Origin: Octopus vulgaris | Lineage: Eukaryota | Assembly: GCA_951406725.2 (NCBI GenBank) | Contig: OX597815.1 | Location: forward strand, 142,662,001 to 142,726,000 | Direction: 5' to 3' | DNA length: 64,000 bases | Shown: positions 13,946 to 26,800 of the stretch, piece by piece | How positions within the stretch are numbered: the first letter of the stretch is position 1 | How the letters are laid out: each line of letters opens with the position of its first letter | The notes under the pieces: model-generated | What the model saw: the letters and a program-made list of their open reading frames with translations, nothing else | Told to the model about the DNA's origin: nothing | Database searches by the model: none | Position numbers and translations under genes: made by a program

Positions 13946-16847
13946 TTTTTTTTTCTTCTTTCAAATTTGCTTCCATTTCTTGCCGAGTGTCTTCCCGACT
14001 CCTAGGGCAAAGAAACTCATAGTATACATTGGTAGGTCATTAAACCAAACTCAATAGTTCGTTCATTTTTTTTTTTTTTATTAAGTTAAATTAAAATACA
14101 TGAGCAGCAACAGTTCTCACATCGACAATGCTCTTCTCAATACGTGTGATGTACCAGTTAAGACAATCTTTTGCACTTCTTGCAGGGATGGTAAGCCAGG
14201 GATCATTCTCATATAATTTTCGGTTCTCTTCTTGATCATTCCTAGTGCTCCTACGATCACTGGTATTGTAACCGCCTTGAGATGCCACATTTTCTCAATT
14301 TCAATGAGTAGGTCTTTATATTTTCTGAGCTTGTCAAACTCTTTCGCTGAGATATTATGATCACAGGGGATGCTCATGTCGATCAATAAGCAAATTTTAT
14401 TGTTTTGGTCTTTCACAACAATATCTGGTTTATTGGCCTTGATGGTTCGGTCTGTATGTACTGGAAAGTCCCACAGAATGGTTACATTTTCTCCTTCAGT
14501 TACAGCCTCAGGGTGGTGATTATACCACTTGTCGGCAGTTTTGATATTGTAATGCCGACTTATTAGCCAGTGGAGATATTGGCCAACTCTGTCATGTCTT
14601 AATTTATACTCCACTGGTGCTAAGACTTTACATCCAGAGATTAGGTGGTCCACTGTTTCAATCATGTCGTTGCAGAATCGGCATTTTGGGTCTGCTCCAT
14701 TTTTCATCACATTGGCCTGGTAGTTCCGGGTTAATAGGCTTTGATCTTGAGCAGCCAGGATGAAACCTTCGCTCTCTGCTTTTAACCCTGAGCTCCGTAG
14801 CCACTGATGGGTTTGCTTCTGGTCAACATCAGCTTGTTTGCTGCGGGTCACATATTTGCCGTGCAGAGGTTTCTCCTCCCACCTATCAGCCAATTGCTCG
14901 TGCGCTTTTTTCATTGCCATCATTTTCACCTTCTTTGCAACAATAGTTGCCGTACTTCCCTCGGGTTGTTCAGTTTGGGTATCCTGCACGAGATCAATAG
15001 CAAATTTATTGCTTTCCTTTATGATAGAATGAAGCTTCTTTCGTCTCTCGTGATTTTCCACGAGCTTTAGCATCCAGTCATTCGATATTTCGAGATATTT
15101 GGCCAGTCCAATTGTGGTTGTTTTGTAAGCTAGTTCAAATTGGATCAGGCCTCGACCTCCTTGGGCTCTGGGAAGGTAAAGGCGATCTACGTCTGCCTTT
15201 GGGTGGTGCATCCTATTACAACTCAGTAGCTTGCGTATTTTCCTATCTATATTCTTTACTTCACTCATATTCCAGTTCAACACATTGTAGCTATAAGTAA
15301 CAACTGTAACTGCTAAGGAATTTATAGCTAACACCTTGTTACGTGCATTTAGTTCAGATTTCAGGACTGCACGAACTCTCCTATAACATTCCTTCCTGAT
15401 CTCTTTCATGCTTGCATGCTGAATACCAGAGCCTTCATTTATCCCTAAATATTTGTATGTTTGTTCTTGCTCGAGCTCTCTTATGACTGTGTCAACATCT
15501 AACACGACTGAATTTGTGGTCTTCACTTTCCCTTTCTGGAAAGTGGCCTTGGCATACTTCTCAAGTCCAAACTCCATCCCGATGTCATCGCTGAATGCTT
15601 TCACGGTGCGCAATAGGCCTTCAAGTTCATTATTGTCTTTACCATAAAGTTTTAAGTCATCCATATAAAATAGATGGCTTATTTTTTTATTGGCAATTTT
15701 ATACCCATACCCTGTTCTGTTTAATTCACTTGTAAGGGGTATTAGGGCTATGCAGAATATTAAAGGTGAAAGTGAGTCACCTTGAAAAATTCCACAGTTG
15801 ATGTTTATATTTTCTGAGGCAAGTACTCCATTAGAGTGGCATAATTGGAGATTCGTATTCCACAACGACATATTGTGCTTCAGGAAGTTTGAAATCACAG
15901 GGGAAATTTTGAAGATGCCCAGCGATCTCAAGATCCATGGATGCGGTATACTGTCGAAGGCCTTTTTTGTAGTCAATCCATGCGGTGCTGAGATTTCTGC
16001 GCTTGTTGTGACATTTCTCAAGGATCATACGATTGATTAGCAGTTGATCTTTGCATCCGTAAGAGCCTCGGCGGCACCCTTTTTGTTCAATGGGGAAAAT
16101 ATCGTTCTTCTCCATGAATGCATATGTTTTCTCCGCCAGGATAGATGTTAGGATTTTATACGTGGTGGATAGACAGGTTATAGGCCGATAGGTTTTTGGA
16201 AGGTTGGTTTCGTTATTCTTTGGGAGTAGGTAAGTAATGCCACTTGCTAACCATTCAGGTGTTTTCTTTGGGTCTCTCATAATTCCATTGAGCAGCTGAA
16301 CTAGCTTACCGTGTGCGCATGGGAGCAATGCGAGCCAGAAATTCGGCACCCTATCTTTACCGGGGGATTTCCAATTATGGGCCTTCGTGAGAGCCTTTCT
16401 TAGGTCTGCTATTGTGATGTCTTCCCATGCTTGTTGTTGTAAATTTTGGTAGGATCCTTCAGTTTGTATAATCCAGTCTGCATTTATGTTGTACGTCTTC
16501 TTGTCACTCCAAATCCTTTTCCAAAAGTTTTGAACTTCTTCCATGGGAGGGGGGTCTTTAACGGTTACTTTCTCATTCCCTATTTCTCTGTAGAATTTTT
16601 TGGCATTGGATGTGAACAGCTTATTTTGCTTGTAAAACTTGTTTCTCTTCTCAAATCTTCGTATTCTTTGGGCTTTTGCTTGGACTTTTTGTTTCAGCGT
16701 TTCTTTTATTGATATCAGTTCTTCTCTTGGTGAGGATCCAAATTTTCTCTTCATCTTTCTTCCTGTTCTGGATCTTACATCATTTCCACATATTATTTCA
16801 TTTAATATCGATATTTCCCTCTCATAAATTCAATCTCTTTTTCAATT
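13946..16847 (-). mobile_element. R4/Dong-clade non-LTR retrotransposon (RT + CCHC + restriction-like endonuclease), 5'-truncated
   Basis: ORFs 16754-15831 and 16021-14117 join at WIDYKK/AFDS. Motifs: KSPGKD, YRPITCL, GIFQGDSLSP, YMDDLKL, YKYLG, CRFC..ETVDHLISGC, RHD, KPDIV..LIDM, KYKDL, IPVIVGALG. (TAA)n on both sides. Confidence 0.93.
14117..16826 (-). pseudogene. RT-RLE polyprotein of the R4/Dong element, with a +1 frameshift in the A6 run at 15963-15968
   Basis: Two long overlapping ORFs (307 aa and 634 aa) in adjacent frames; restoring AAA AAG GCC TTC GAC gives canonical DYKKAFDS. Confidence 0.9.
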
Positions 16848-16850
16848 ATA

Positions 16851-16923
<73 letters not shown>
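16851..16923. repeat. (TAT/TAA)n microsatellite between two R4-type LINEs
   Basis: Perfect trinucleotide run. Confidence 0.95.
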
Positions 16924-16925
<2 letters not shown>

Positions 16926-16929
16926 CACA

Positions 16930-19130
16930 AAACAGATTAGAACGTTGGAAAAGAAAAGAATCCTAACATTGGGCTACAGCAAGCAGCCTTAGATGCCAAG
17001 AACCTTCCTATTGGGTTACACCCTCCTAAGTATCTCAACTCTCCATAATAACACTCTTTTTTGCAGATGTACTAAACTGGGTTTTATGCCTATTTCCTCT
17101 ATCCATCTGTTCAGATAAAGGATAGTTCTCAATGCACCTATAACTACCGGGATACATTTTACCCGCACTTTCCATAGTCTCTGTAATTCAATAGCTAGAT
17201 CCTGGTAGCTTGCTATTTTTCTAGACTTCTCATATTCATGTTTTCATTATTTAGTACTGTAAAACCAATTATCTGGCACTTTTTGTTCTCATATCTACTA
17301 CTACAAAATCAGGCCTTCTAGATTCTATTACTCTGTCAATCTGAATGTTGAAGTCCCACAACATTGTGTATTTCTTACTTTCTAGTAATTTACTAGGTTC
17401 ATGTTTATACCATTCATCAGTATGTTCAAATCCTAGCTTTCTACAACCCTCCCAGTGGATTATTCACCCTAGATTGTCATGTCTTTTCTTGTATTCTTTC
17501 TGTGCCAGCTTGCTACATTCACCTATTATACGAGTAACGATTTCCCCTTCTGATTTGCATAATCTACATTGAGAATCTACTTGGTTTTTGTCTATTTTGG
17601 CTTTTATCGAATTAGTCCTTAACGATCGATCTTGTGCAGCTGCTAACGAACTGTTTGCCTCTCTCTTCAGCTTTCCCTTCTGTAGCCATAAATATGTCTC
17701 GCTACTACTATTTGCTGAAACTATCTTTAGGAATCTACCATGTAACGCTTTCTCCTGCCAGTCAGATAACTTCAATTCTTTTTTTCCGATTTTTTAAGTT
17801 CGTTTGGTGTTTTAGTTTCCTATGTCTTGCTGTGACTCTAGCAACTCTTATTAAACTTTCTTCACTATTACCTACATAAGAGTCTATATCTACTGTAGGT
17901 AAGTCTACGCAGTCTTCTACTGATATCAACCCTCTTCCATCTTCTTTTCTAGGTAAGTATAATCTTGCTACTCCTACTCCTAGATGGAGTCCTCCATTCA
18001 TATTGAATTCCTTTCTAGCTCTTCTATTTAACTTTGCTAATTCAGTTTTTGTCCAGTCTACAAATGCTGCTGAGTATCTAAGTTATGATACTGCCCAAGT
18101 ACTTGCAGTCTTCACTAGATTCAGATCATATAGCTTTGATTTCGTTAGCTTCCTCATCCTTCTGATGTACCTCTTCTTGATTTTCGTTTTCATTTCTGTT
18201 GTCAGTACTCTCTCAGAATTTAATTCTCCTATATACTTATAACTCTCTCCTACTTTCAATGACTGTAATGTCTAGCCATCTGGTAACCGGATGCCTTCGC
18301 TGTTGACTACCGTTCCTATTCTCGTGACTAATATTGCACATTTATCTATGCCAGTATATTTGCTGAAGAGTCTTACAGTTTGTTCTAAGGAATCTATCTC
18401 TTTCTCATTCTTACTAAAAAGCTTCAGATCAGCTATGTAAAGCAAATGGTTAATTTTTCCATTACTATTTGTGAATAGATACCCTGACTTTGAATTCCTT
18501 TATACTAAACTGATGAGAAGCAACCACATGACAAATATTAAAAAGGACAACGACTTTCCCTGGAAAAATTCCTCTTTTGATATTAACTTTCCCTAAGAGT
18601 GCGTCTCTTGAGTAGAGGTATACGTTCCATTTCTTCATGCTAAAGCTAATTAATTCTCGTATGTTGTCTGCTATATTGAATATACTCAAACATTCACAGA
18701 TCCATTAGTGTGGGATCATGTCATAGGCTTTCCTATAATCTATCCATGTTATTGTTAGATTTTTCTTTCTACTTTTTACTTCATTTAGAACTGCTTTGTT
18801 TGTATATAGATTATGCGTTCCTCTAGCTTTCTTCCTGCAACGTTCCTCTTCTTCTGACAGTGATTTCTAGTTGTCAAGATGCTCGTAAATGCTTTCTGAA
18901 AGCAGTCCTGTTAACAACTTCTACACTAATGGTATGCAGATGATTGGTCTATAGTTGCTAGCTATATTACCCTTGCCCTTATCCTTCATAATGCGTATTG
19001 CCCTCCCTCTAGTCATCCTATCTGGTATTATTCTTCCAGTAAGGCAATCCTGAAGTTGCTCCCTCAGCCCCACATGTTAACTACTGAATTTCTTTAGCCC
19101 AGTAACCCCTTATCTAAATTTGGTCCCGAG
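16930..19130 (-). mobile_element. Older, degraded R4/Dong-clade LINE
   Basis: Fragmented ORFs: WQEKALHGRF, AAQDRSLRTN, CRLCKSEGE, YKKRHD (17464-17775); RLYLPRKEDGRGLISVEDC (17762-18001); VNIKRGIFPG (18465-18689). Many stops and frameshifts. Confidence 0.88.
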
Positions 19131-19149
19131 CCCTCCCGATTCGGCATAT

Positions 19150-19490
19150 TTAAAGTTTCAATGGGATTGATCCCAGCGCTCCGATCACTATAGGTATCAC
19201 TTTTACATTACCCTCACGCATTTCCATTCAGTCTTGACATTTCCACTTTCAATTCCGAGTACTTGGTGATTTTTTCAACCTCTTTACTCACAACATTCAT
19301 GTCATTTGGTACGGCTACATCAATGATGTGGCAGTATTTGTCTCTCTTATTCAATATGACAATATCCCACCGACTGTGTTCAATTACACGATCCATCTAA
19401 CAATCATAGTCCCAGAGTATTGTTAATTTTCCATCCTCCTGCATAACTTTACTTGGTACATGTCCATACCACATCACTGTTACTTCATAT
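19150..19490 (-). mobile_element. Third R4-type LINE fragment (RLE domain only)
   Basis: DRVIEHSRWDIVILNKRDKYCHIIDVAVPND..KEVEKITKYSELK matches the PD..D..K endonuclease region. Confidence 0.8.
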
Positions 19491-19562
19491 TGGTATTGTT
19501 GTTGTTGTTGTTGTTGTTATTGTTTTTGCTGTTGTTTTTGTTGTTGTTGTTATTGTTGAAGA

Positions 19563-19751
19563 CGATGAGCTGGGAGAATATGCAACCGCACCAGACAAGA
19601 TGCTTAGCGGTGTTGCCTTCAGTTTTGAGTTCAAATCGCGCAAACGTCGGCTTTCAATTTCTTCCTTTCAGGGTCGATAAAATAAATCAGTCCTGGAGTG
19701 CAATTAATGTAATCGACTAATCCCTCCCAACAAAGTTTTGGCCTTGTGCCT
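19563..19751 (+). mobile_element. Degraded Nin/Deu-like tRNA SINE
   Basis: GAGCTGGGAGAA..TTTTGAGTTCAAAT..CCTTTCAGGGTCGATAAAATAA..GGCCTTGTGCCTA, homologous to 36232-36616. Confidence 0.7.
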
Positions 19752-20694
19752 AATTGTTTAATTTGTGATTTACAGAACTGTAGGGATCCGACTGTGCAAC
19801 GCTGTTTCTAGGTTATTATATTTCATCAGCGCACGACCCCAACCTTCACACACATCGTCTGCATTTGAAGATACTTCGTAATGGCATCAGGCGCTACTGT
19901 TTCTATGCATATAACAATACCAGGTATAATTGGTATAGTTATATGGATTATAACAGTAGAGTATCTATTATTCAAGAAAGTCTAGCTTATTTCGTGATAA
20001 GCATAAAACTAGTAGCTTCAAATACAATTTCGAAGTGGCTGTAAATGGAGGGTATGCTACTGTTGATGAAAAACCAGAGACTTCACTGCTGATTCAAACC
20101 CTTTTTACTGTCCAAGGTGAGATTCCATAATAAAGATGACAGGCGTTTATGACTATCTCACGTATCTAGTAAATTTAATCAATTTAAATAATTAATTTAC
20201 AAACGTACTGGAGGGTAAAATCATTTGGTATACTCATAGAATTCTAGTATGAAAGTTATTCACTGCTGTCTTGTCAGTAATTTACGTAAGAAAATAGCCA
20301 AAAATGTGGCTCATATTCACACTAGATTTAGTGTATGAATGCAGCAATAATGTCGCTGCATTTAATTTCGCAGTGGCTGTAAAATGAAGAGGTATGGCTT
20401 GCTGAAGAATGTTAAAAAGCTATAAATAGTGCAGGCCGTGGGAAACCCATTTTACTGCCCACGATCAGTTTGTACAATACAAGTGACAACGTCTTAGATT
20501 TTATGTCCCATGAATCTATTAAATTTGATTAATATATTTAATTAATATACGAAAGTAGTGAGGATTAGAATCTTTAACTGTATCCCGTAATAAACCTTTA
20601 AGAATAAATACCACAGGCACTTCAGAATTTGATATATATACGTATATGTATATAAGTTAGTGCGTACGTGCTTTTGTGTGTGTATTTGTATATT

Positions 20695-20934
20695 CTTTTA
20701 TTCATTTACTCGTTTCAGTCATTTGACTGCGACCATGCTGGAGCATCGCCTTTAGTCGAACAAATCGACGCCAGGACTTATTTGTAAATCTAATACTTAT
20801 CCTATCATCCACTTTTGCCGTACCGCTATGTTACGGGGGCGTAAAGGCACCAAGATCGGATGTCAAGTGATTGGGGGACATACACAGACACGGAAACACA
20901 CACACACGCACAAACACACACACACAAACACACA

Positions 20935-20973
<39 letters not shown>

Positions 20974-21128
20974 GATAGACTTCTTTCAGTTTCCGTCTAC
21001 CAGATCCACTCACGAGGATTCGGTCAGCCTGAGGCTATAGCAGAATATACTTGCCCAAGGTGCCACGCAGTGAGACTGAATCCGGAACCATGTGGTTGGG
21101 AAGCAAGCTTTTTAACACACAGCCAAGT
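20695..21128 (-). mobile_element. tRNA/CORE-type SINE with internal (CA)/(TA) microsatellite
   Basis: Head on minus strand GGCTGTGTG..AAGCTTGCTTCCCAACCACATGGTTCCGGATTCAGTC..GTGGCACCTTGGGCAAGT; tail GCTCCAGCATGG..CAGTCAAATGACTGAAAC. Multicopy in the window. Confidence 0.85.
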
Positions 21129-21799
21129 GCATTTATGTATACGAGTATGTATATATTAATGTGTTCATGTATGTGTGAATGTGAGCGTGCGTATATCTTT
21201 ATATACGCATAATCACTGCAATTTTCTATCAACACAGTCTTAGTTTTATTGCCTTTTTAACCTATCTAATATCTCCATTATTTTCTGTGTCATTTGTAGC
21301 TGAATGCTTTATTTCTTCTATTTCTATTCATTATTTTCCATTCTACATCAAGTGCCATATATTAGAGGAGGCTCCTAGTAATAACAGTGTAGCACAAAAC
21401 GGCGGTGCATCAGCATGGCCGCAGCTCTGAGCTAAAACTTAAAAAAGAAAAATATTATTTCTTTGTATATTACTTTTCCCAGAATTTTCTGTTCGTGCGG
21501 CTAACCCAGAAAGGCTAATCACTTAATCACATGAATATGATCGAGAAAGGAGCCGTACCATGCGGGTCTTCATATGGCATATGGTGAAGGATCTTAATGT
21601 GTATCGGTTATTGAAATAAACAAGATCATTTTTTAAAGAAAAGTCCTAGTATGCCTCAGCTCTGCGGCCTTGTAATTCAGAGACGTTAATTTAGACTTGG
21701 ATTTCATACCTCAGCCAGGGTGTTTAAGCACCATCCGTCTAAACATCTTCACTCTTCTTCTGGAAAGGTCGTTGGATAGGTCCTCATGTAACTTCTCAA

Positions 21800-22330
21800 T
21801 ATTGTCCTATCAGAAACAACTATCAATAGCCTTTGAAGATGAATTCGCAAGCGCGAGCAAATGAAAGTATGGATAATGTCCAACCACTCCGATCTCGGCC
21901 TATTCATAGGTCTCCTTCAAGTCAGGTCTGCTTAGTATGAAGAATCCGTCAGGCAATTCTTTCCAGCGATATTACAATCACAACCCCGTGGTACGAAGCT
22001 GTGACCTCTCGATCTGGATATGTAGAGGTAGGGCCTCAAAAGTCTTTCTCTAAGAAGCCTCTCAAGTGACGTACTCCAATAAGGCTTCGGATAAACCCCA
22101 TTTTGACCGCTTAAAACACCAGTAATACATTATTCATCTTGGACAGTTCATGGACTTTAGACCACTTCCATAAATTCTTAAACGTTGTCAATTATTATCA
22201 TAATACAGGGGATGGCATGTGAGAGAAAAGGGGCATTGCCGCTCTCAGTCCACCGCAATCAATATTTTAGCCCCTTTCTTTTCTCATCTTGACCTCTGCT
22301 CGTGTGGAGTATATCTCAGTCATCGTTAAG
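21800..22330 (-). mobile_element. Degraded RTE-clade LINE 3' fragment
   Basis: Manual translation on minus gives KMGFIRSLIGV, IERSQLR, ERIA*RILHTK, RRPMNRPRSEWLDII, resembling the RTE RT C-terminus. Confidence 0.55.
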
Positions 22331-22682
22331 AGGCAATACAATTTCACCTATGCTTTATTCATCAAATGTAAATCAATATTGCAAATTTAGGGATTATTAT
22401 TTCGAGCGTGCAAACCTCTGTTTGCTGTTTTAAAACTGATCCTTTTATAGTGACGCTCATGCAGTTGTCGTAGTTCCTGTTTAGCCCTAGCTCAGTCTTG
22501 ATCAAACTAGACACACGATAAAAGACATTGCCGTCACGATTGTAGTTTTTCCAACTACGTAGATCCTAAATAGATATTATCCAACAGATCATTTTTTTGC
22601 TAATAATACAGGATAGGATGTGAGAGAGATCTAGTGGTATTTCTAGCGGGTGGTTCAACCACAAAAAGGATTCCACATTTAT

Positions 22683-22686
<4 letters not shown>

Positions 22687-22756
<70 letters not shown>

Positions 22757-22948
22757 TCCACCCAACATCACTTGACAACCGATGCTGGTATGTTTACGTC
22801 CCCGTAACTTAGCGGTTCGGCAAAAGATACCGATAGAATAAGTACTAGGCTTACAATGAATAAGTCCTGGGGTCGATTTGCTCGACTAAAGGCGGTGCTC
22901 CAGCATGGCCACAGTCAAATGACTGAAACAAGTAAAAAGTAAAAGAGT
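22687..22948 (+). mobile_element. 3' half of the CORE-type SINE family with (TG)n
   Basis: CTTGACAACCGATGCTGG..TAACTTAGCGGTTCGGCAAAAG..GGCGGTGCTCCAGCATGGCCACAGTCAAATGACTGAAACAAG; reverse complement of part of 20695-21128. Confidence 0.85.
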
Positions 22949-22959
22949 ATATATATATA

Positions 22960-23012
<53 letters not shown>

Positions 23013-24728
23013 ATAGGTTTCGACTAGTATAGGCTCAGGCCATGTCTAGAAACGATTGCCGTAAAGATCATTTCTGTAATGGCACTTGAGTACTCTCAAA
23101 ACATTAAGCTAGCTAAATTTAATCATGCAATTGTTTGGATAACCTCAGTGTGTCCAGGGTCATCTTGCCCTACATTCCCAAGAGGAGAACAATACTTTAT
23201 CTTTACTCCAGGAATTCAGTCGCCTAAAGACTTGAACTGCTATTTCTAAATGTTTTAGTATGTTGCAATTTAGCAGCTCCCATTACATATTTTCTACCCA
23301 TCTGCTGATTTTCACTTCCGCTGCTTTTCAAATGCACAGCTCTTCCTGCTTTTAATATTTCCCAGCAATTTACCTGGCCATCTACAATGAGATATCCCTT
23401 CGCAGTTTCATAACGACTACCGTTGGTTAACAAGTAATAGTCTTCCTCGATCATTAGACCCACTCGTCCTCAGTTTTCAAAACCCTCTGCGTTTTCTTTG
23501 ATTATCTCTCACTTAGAGAGCCATATATTTCTTTCTCCGATCACATATTTACTATCATGCCATTTTCGCCTCTCTTATTCTTCACGGACACTATTCCGAA
23601 GTATGTCGTTGCTACCAACAATAAATATCATACTCCTTAATGAAGTGTTCCTATCGAAACATTAATTTCTATTTTTACCATCTAATAAAATCTATTGTAT
23701 TCTGCAATGGACTACTTATTCACACTAATTGCCGATACTAACCACCATTAATACCTATTCAGATCCCCACAAAATATATTTTTGCCTTCACTAATATTAA
23801 AAGATTCAATCTATGAATTATAATTTGAGCTCCTAATATTATGACATGGGATGAAACATAGTAGAATCATCAGAGCCACGGAGAACATGCTTTGTGTTAT
23901 TCAAAATTCCGATTTTATATCATTTACCTTTCCTAGTTACCGGATCGATAAAATGAAGTACCAGTTATGTATTGAGCTTGGTGTAGTCGAATATAACTCC
24001 CTCCTCTCAGAAAATTTGTTAATTGTAGAAATCAATATTATTATTACTTTTAATAAAGCTGAGGTTTTTCAGTGGTGTTGACAATAATGATGATATTGTT
24101 GTGAATGAGTTTTATATTATCACCACCACCACCACCACCATCATCAGCATCAACAGCAGCATCGTCACCGTTCACGTCGTCTTTGTCGCTATAGTTATTG
24201 TTTAAAATCTCCTCCTTCTCCAAACCGGCCTAATCACCATTTTCTGCTGGCAAAAGCTGAAAAATCTCTAAAATTTAAGTCTGTCTAGTTGCTGTCGCTT
24301 TTGTCTGCGATGAGTGGCTGAAATTCATTAAATTGAGAAGAGGAACTGCCTCTGGTATTCACTCTGGTAATTAGCTGTCACTTGAGAAGTATTCATACTT
24401 AACGCTTACCGTCAGACTGTCACGTACGTTCATTCCTGTTGGGTCACTGATATAGTGCTTTCCAACCACACTAAGTTAGACAGTGAAGTAGTAAGGTTAC
24501 AAATTTTGCTGTAAGGAACCGCAGCAAAACTAGCAACACAAGCACGAAAATTCGTGCAGTTACGAAATTATCTTGCCAACCACGGCTGTCAGACTAGACA
24601 GCAATTTGCAGCACACGGGGCACCAGTCTTCTGTTGTATACATCGGGGATTATCCATGCTTTGAAGAGAAATGTGTGACTGGAAATATCTAAGCAGAAGT
24701 GTGTGTGTGTGTGAGAGAGAGAGATAGG

Positions 24729-24760
<32 letters not shown>

Positions 24761-25859
24761 TAGGGAGACAGAGAGAGTGAGAGAGAGAGAGTCTGTGTGA
24801 ATATACTAAGTTTTGTTTTCTGTCAAGTTATAGTAAAAACGATTTTACATGAAACAGAAAGAGCGCACAATATTACAAGAAAACTGGTGACTGGTCACTG
24901 TCACCACTCTTTTTGTAATAGTATAATATAATAAACGTATGTGTGCAGCTGTGTGTGAGCTTACGAAAGTATATAATGAGAGATTGTTGCATAGATATCC
25001 ATATATATATTTGTGTGTGTGTGTGTGTACCTCTGTATGTGTGCGTGTGTATAATCTCTCTTTCTCTTTCTCTCTCTCTTATATATCTGTGTCTATGTGA
25101 AAGTTCATTTGTGTGAGTGTGTGGGGGGGAGAATTTGAAAATGTGTATGTCTACCTTAAGTTGTCCAAAACATACTGCGTCTAGGCAGTATGCCCTGGGC
25201 AATATGTGCATTTCGACTCTTGTTTCAATCGTCACATGCAGCTGTGAAACGTATTTAACTCTATAGAAACAAATTCCTCAGAAACCAATTAATATCAGAG
25301 CCAGGGTAAGTTGGGTAGACTAATTTGTTTATTTAGCAGGTCTCTTGGCTGCGATATTGAACATTAAATTACCGGTGTGTTAACAATGACTATTTTCATG
25401 GCTATATTTAAATACCACAAATGTAATGTTTACGTTCGAGACGGCTATTAAAATATGCAGTTTATTATAGTATGTACTTTATATACATTCTATAGATATA
25501 TTCTGTAGTTTATTATATCAATGGAACGAAGCATCGTTAGAACCCCAGAAATTTAATATTCAATTTCACTATCAAGAAAAGTGCTGAATATGCCAACTGG
25601 TTGAAACAAACTATTCTGGCTCCTAATATTGATGGTTTTATAAGCAATTTCTGGATGAATTAGGAAAGTAAACAGCTGTCGATGGCAACTAATAAAAGTC
25701 TAACCTCTTTTTCTATCTACGAGCATATTACATAAACACAATGTTTATATTCACCGTAAAACAGTGTCAGCTATAAAATTTATTAATATGTTATATAGTA
25801 CAGTATAGAAATGCGAATGCATATGTTGATCTCTCTTTCTCTCTCTCTGTCCCTCTCTT

Positions 25860-25926
<67 letters not shown>

Positions 25927-26639
25927 CAGGCAGCGAATTTAGATATGTGCTATTAATAGTTTCATGCTGTGGAAACATCATAATTTATATATCATGCATA
26001 TCATGTCTTCAAGCAACGTTCCAGGTTAAAAGTGCATACGACTGGTCTTGTTTTCAAAAATCGATAAAGGTACTGCTCTATGAGAAAACACGAGAAAATG
26101 CGCGAGGAAGGTGAATACAAAAGGTGAGATCAGAAAAGGTAGGACGAGAAAATAAAATGATAAATAAAAAAGGAAAAAGAGAAGGAAGAATGACAGAAAT
26201 AAAGAAAGAAATGAAAACTAAGCGTGGTATCCTCTTTGCCAACCGAAATAATAATTAATATGGCAAGTGTAGAGTAATTAAACGAGGAGGAGAACAAAGC
26301 CTGTGAGACATCATGCTCAATCAGGAGAGGGTGGTGTCTTTCACTTCGATAAAAGAAAATTTGTCCATACACATGAATTTGCTAAAAATCTGTCCATACG
26401 CTTGAATTTCCTTAAAAACTTAACGACCAGAAGAAATACCGCTAAACATTTTGTCCGAAATGCTAATGAATCTGCCATCTCGCCGCCTTATGAATGCAAA
26501 ACTTATATTTAAAGAATATCATCGAGATATGCACTGTGTCATTTTTACATAGGTTTCGATATCACTGAAAATAAAGGAGTTTCTGATACAAATAGATTTC
26601 AGAATAGTAATTGTTCACCTTGATTGCAACTGTACATAT

Positions 26640-26800
26640 ACTCAGAAGAGGGATCTCTCACTATGCTTTCACTACGTTTTCGCATTGCCCACATCCTAAG
26701 AAAAACATTGTCAAGCTGAAAATACCTGATTCTCTCAAAACTCTTTCGAATTTGAAATACTACAAATGTAACAGAATCTGAGTTCTCAGACTCTGATCTC
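26640..26800 (+). mobile_element. 3'-terminal remnant of an R4-type LINE
   Basis: ATTGCCCACATCCTAAGAAAAACATTGTCAAGCTGA = IAHILRKTLSS*, compare GTSHVLRRALSM* at 14117. Confidence 0.5.

Noticed and set aside
23150-23760. Possible decayed CR1/L2-type LINE
   Set aside because: Composition is suggestive but no diagnostic motif could be read.
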